A stretch of DNA of 63,413 bases, the filler included, from Chiloscyllium plagiosum (taxonomy: Eukaryota): the NCBI RefSeq assembly GCF_004010195.1. It is 3 parts of one record of this genome, joined end to end, with 100 filler letters (N's around TTAATTAATTAA, not from the genome) between each part and the next. Parts side by side here need not be neighbours in the genome. Positions count along the whole stretch, not along the records: positions 44,234 to 63,413 come from NC_057712.1; 2 more parts are not named here. The stretch is one strand, 5' to 3'. Made by a program: the position numbers and the translations under genes. Under the pieces are notes generated by a model, which saw only the letters and a program-made list of their open reading frames with translations, made no database searches and was not told the origin of the DNA. Positions within the stretch are counted from its first letter, which is position 1, and each line of letters opens with the position of its first letter. This document shows, one piece after another, positions 59,353 to 63,413 of the stretch.

Positions 59353-60286
59353 GTAAGTCTGGATTCATGGCGGAGTGAAATAAGAAATCAGTGTGATTGG
59401 AGTCAGTTGGGACTGCTATGGAAGTGGGAAGATATGAGGAATTGATTGTTCTTTGTCAACACAAAGAAGACAATCCTGCAAAGTAAAATCTTTATCTCAT
59501 AATAATGACAAGTAGAATGGTGTACATTCGCTGCTAAATGAGAGAGAGAGGAGCTTTTATTTGTAATTTCTACCATATACAACTGATACAGTAAAAACAA
59601 GACAACATTCCTCCAGGACCAAGGGTGCTACATGGACAGCACAAACTACGCAATCGTACACAGCATACAGTGCTCTCTTTCTCTCGTGCACTCTCCCTTG
59701 TGCTCAATGTCTCTCTCATGCTCTTGCTCTTCCCTTCTTTCTTTCTCTCTCCCTCTCTCTTCTGTCTTATGTGCTCTAACAAGCACACACATGGGCACCC
59801 TCTTCCTGTCTCCCCTAATGGCCATCCGTCACCCTGAATGTAGGAGACTCCCATTGTCCCCCAATCCACTTACTGACAGGTCTCTCCATTTTTGGTGGGC
59901 CACGTTCCGCTTGCTCACAGGCTGCCTACAGTTTGATTGAGAAAGAGAACTGCCCACTTTCCTGACAAAGATGCAAGCTTTATAAAAAGCAAAATACATC
60001 TGAATGATTCCCTACATTTTGTGCATTGTATGACCTCAGGAATTTCAAGCCACTTTACAGCCAATTCAATACTTTGTAAGTAAAGTTATTCCCTGTAATT
60101 TAGGGAAATGACAAATCCATTTTTCACACTGCCACCTCGCAAACAGCACAAAGGTAATGGTGCTATCAGCGGTACCAGTAATGTTGAGTGAAGGATTTAA
60201 AGTTAGAGACGTACAATTGGCCAGAATTAGATGAACACTGACATCTTAGACGGTTGCCAGGTTAAAGAGGGCAAAGAAATGGGAAA

Positions 60287-60507
60287 TGGAAATGTGTTAC
60301 TGGAAAAGCGCAGCAGGTCAGGCAGCATCTAGGGAACAGGAGAATCGACGTTTCGGGCATTAGCCCTTCTTCAGGAAAGGGCTGAAGAAGGGCTAATGCC
60401 CGAAACGTCGATTCTCCTGTTCCCTAGATGCTGCCTGACCTGCTGCGCTGTTCCAGCAACATATTTCCATCTCTGATCTCCAGCATCTGCAGACCTCACT
60501 TTCTCCT
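60287..60507. mobile_element. Young palindromic PLE derivative with back-to-back hammerhead cores
   Basis: 15-bp TSD caaagaaatgggaaa (60272-60286, 60508-60522). Intact cores on the minus (60347-60374) and plus (60382-60409) strands. Tail on the right arm only. Confidence 0.9.
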
Positions 60508-61904
60508 CAAAGAAATGGGAAAGGCTGAGGAACTAGAGGCATTCTGAAGTAAGGTAGGAATTTAAGGGCATGCCTTAATGGGGAGGTGAGGACAGTTAAC
60601 AAACACAGTGAATGGTGGTTGAACAGGACTTATCGGGCATTGAGAGAGTAAAGTTTTGTATTAGCTTATGTTTTGGAGGCAGAAAGGTAAACCTGAAGAG
60701 CTTTGGAATTTTCATGCTTTTTGTTCCTTCTAGATGTGGATCTGCTGAAGCAGAAGCAGAATCGAGCAACTTTAGGGGGAAGTGGGTGAACTTACTGTTA
60801 ACATTGATATGTCATCAAAGCTTATCTTTGGATCAGATATGACACCAAGATTGCAAACAGTCAGGTTTGGCCTGAGACCATACTCGGGGAGAGTGAGGCT
60901 TGAAGCCAGGAATGAAGCTTGTGGCAGGGTCCAGTGATGATGACTTTGGTCTTCCCTAGGTATTTTCAGGAGTATTTTTGTGAATCCAAAACAGTTATAG
61001 TGGTCAAACCTGAATTATGCAAATTTCATCACTTTTTGTTGTTTGTTGAACTTAAGGTGTTAAGAATACTTGTGTATCAAAATGAAGTAAAGTGGACCTC
61101 CTGATATGTGCTCATTTTGAGTTCTCAAAGATCCATATTGCTAATGGTCAGAACCACGTTGTGTTGTGCACTGTTTTATAAATTTATCTCAAGCTACTAA
61201 TCAGAGAAAAGAATGGGTTCACTTAATCTCTCCTCTGTGATTCTGTTGCTGTCCTTCTGTAATTGTCTGAGGTTGGCCCAGACTTTTTTCCTGACTGTAT
61301 TTCACTCTGTCACTCCAGGATACTTTTACTGTGATGGTTGTAATTCCCTTTATCCACGGCTGTGTCCCTGTCATTGTTGTTATAAACCTCACCATCCTAC
61401 ATGAGAAGCAAAGTAGAAGTGAGCCCAGGAGGGTTGTCCAGGATATTGGATTTGGCAGCTGGTTGTCACAAATCTGTCAGCATTCAGCTAGGCAGCTGGG
61501 GAGCTGGTGCACTGATCAAAGGGAAGGTGATTGTCAGGATTAGGATCTTCAGATTCATGTCGGAGTGATACACAGACTGGTCAGAAGAATGGGAGCTGAA
61601 ATGTGACAACTCTTTGGAAGATTTTGCAGCACAGGACCATTGCTGTAGAAGCAGTCAGAGTAGTGGGAGATTCCCAGAAAAGTGGCAAAACCTTTGAAGC
61701 TACAGGAAGATTGGTTGCAGGGAACAAAACAAATATTATGTCAAAACTTCTGGCAAAACCCAGTAGGTCTGGCAGCATTGATAGAGAGAAAAGCAGCTGA
61801 CCTTTCATGCCAAGTGACTCTTCATCAGTTCTGACAACATTTTTGTTAATTCAAGATTTTAGCTCTACATTTTCCCATCCCTCAAGGATATTTTTCAGCT
61901 GTAA

Positions 61905-62248
61905 TAGAATCATTGAATCTGTACAGTGTGGAAGCACCCCATTCAGCCATCAAGTCCATGTAAACCCTCCGAAGAGCATCCCACCCAGATCCATCCTCCC
62001 TACCCTATCCCTGTAACCCTGGATTTCCCATGGCTAATCTGCCTAGCCTGAACATCCTTGGACACTTTTTAGCATGTCCAACCCACCTAACCTGCACTTC
62101 TTTGGACTGTGGGAGGAAACTGGAGCACTTCCCGCGCAAATACAGGGAGAATGTGCAAACTCCACACAGGTAGTGGAGGGTGGACTTGAACCCAGGTCCC
62201 TGGTGCTGTGCAGCAGCAGTTCTAACCATTGAGCCACTGTGCTGCCCC
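61905..62248 (-). mobile_element. HE1-type V-SINE
   Basis: Reverse complement of a tRNA-like head, V-domain and 3' part. Confidence 0.88.
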
Positions 62249-62736
62249 TAATGTTCTTGGATATTATGGTGCAAGATTTTATTAAAAATAGTTTGTTTTT
62301 AAAATACCTGTATTAAAGATTGACGCATAAATGAATGCTGTTCACTAAGGAATAATCAGTGACATAATTATATCCAGGATTATTTGCTAGGACAAATGTT
62401 CGGCACAACATTGTGGGCCGAAGGGCCTGTTCTGTGCTGTATTGTTCTATGTTCTATGTTCTATGATTATGCAATAAAGGAAAGGAGTAAACAGATTTGT
62501 AACAAGGCAGATTGTTGTACGCTGTCTTACACAGGGTTTATATTAATTGGCTAGCTTTTTGTAGTTTGTCTTCAGCAGTCCATTTAGATATCTGCATATC
62601 TTTTTTTAAAATAGTTTTTCCTTCTAGCAACATGATTGAGAGTTTACATTCAATCTAATTAGCTTTACCCTTCAAAAATTGTATAATTTTATTTCGCATT
62701 TAAGGCCCTGAGTTGCTTTATTATTTTGAAGAACAA

Positions 62737-63413
62737 ACAGGAGATTTTGTGGTCAGGATCGGGATTCCCAGAAGGTATGTTGCCTCCCTGGTGCCAGGGT
62801 CCGGGACGTCTCCGATCGGGTGTATAAGGTTCTAAAAGGGGAGGGCAAACAGCCAGAAATCATGTTACATATTGGCACTAACGATATAGCCAGAAAAAGG
62901 ATTGAGGATATAAAAAGTGATTTCAGGGAGTTAGGATGGAAGCTGCAAAGCAGGATGAACAGAGTAGTGTTCTCTAGTTTACTACCGGTGCCACGAGATA
63001 GCGAGGCGAGGAACAGGGAGTGGGCCCAGCTTAAAACGTGGCTGTGCAGCTGGTGTAGGAGGGAAGGCTTCAGATATGTAGACAATTGGGATGTCTTCTG
63101 GGGAAGGTGGGACCAGTACAAGAAGGACGGGTTACATCTGAACTGGAAGGGGACCAATGTCCTGGGTGGAAGGTTTGCTTGAGTATTTCGAGAGGGTTTA
63201 AACTAGTATGGCAGGGGGGTGGGAACCTGAGCTGTATACCGGAGGTGAGAGTTGATGCAGATGAGGAAATAGCAAGTGGTAGACCAGCTAGTGGGAAGGA
63301 TTTTCCTGGGAAGGAACCAAGGGATCAGTTAAAGTGTGTTTGCTTTAACGCAAGGAGTATCAGGAATAAAAGTGATGAACTTAGAGCATGGATCAGTACC
63401 TGGTGCTATGATG
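62737..63413 (+). mobile_element. CR1 LINE: ORF1 SGNH-esterase domain and start of ORF2 endonuclease (runs off the window)
   Basis: VCCLPGARVRDV...LHIGTND...KDGLHLNWKG (esterase-type ORF1), then LKCVCFNARSIRNKSDELRAWISTWCYD. Confidence 0.9.

Overview
Vertebrate nuclear DNA, inferred to be from a shark because it carries HE1/V-SINEs and shark-type CR1 LINEs. It is repeat-dominated and interrupted by two artificial 100-nt scaffold linkers (N44-TTAATTAATTAA-N44) and one 162-N gap. The only host gene I can support is MAP3K5 (ASK1) on the + strand. It shows a CpG-island first coding exon (39752-40118) and two later exons (51339-51451, 59193-59352); the roughly 270 codons expected between them were not found and are probably hidden in the 44134 linker. 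Mobile elements include a full-length decayed L1-clade LINE nested in a CR1, many CR1 fragments, HE1 SINEs, three solo LTRs, and Rex1/Babar, Tx1, Gypsy and possible Harbinger relics. The most striking signal is a dense set of short Penelope-like-element (PLE) derivatives, mostly 100-600 bp fold-back palindromes with 12-18 bp target-site duplications (TSDs). Their termini carry minimal type I hammerhead ribozyme motifs (CUGANGA-A-stem II-GAAAN-NUH), about two dozen intact or decayed copies by my manual count. These fall into at least four sequence families that differ in primary sequence but keep compensatory pairing in stems I, II and III. All family calls come from reading the sequence by eye; no database search or folding program was run.
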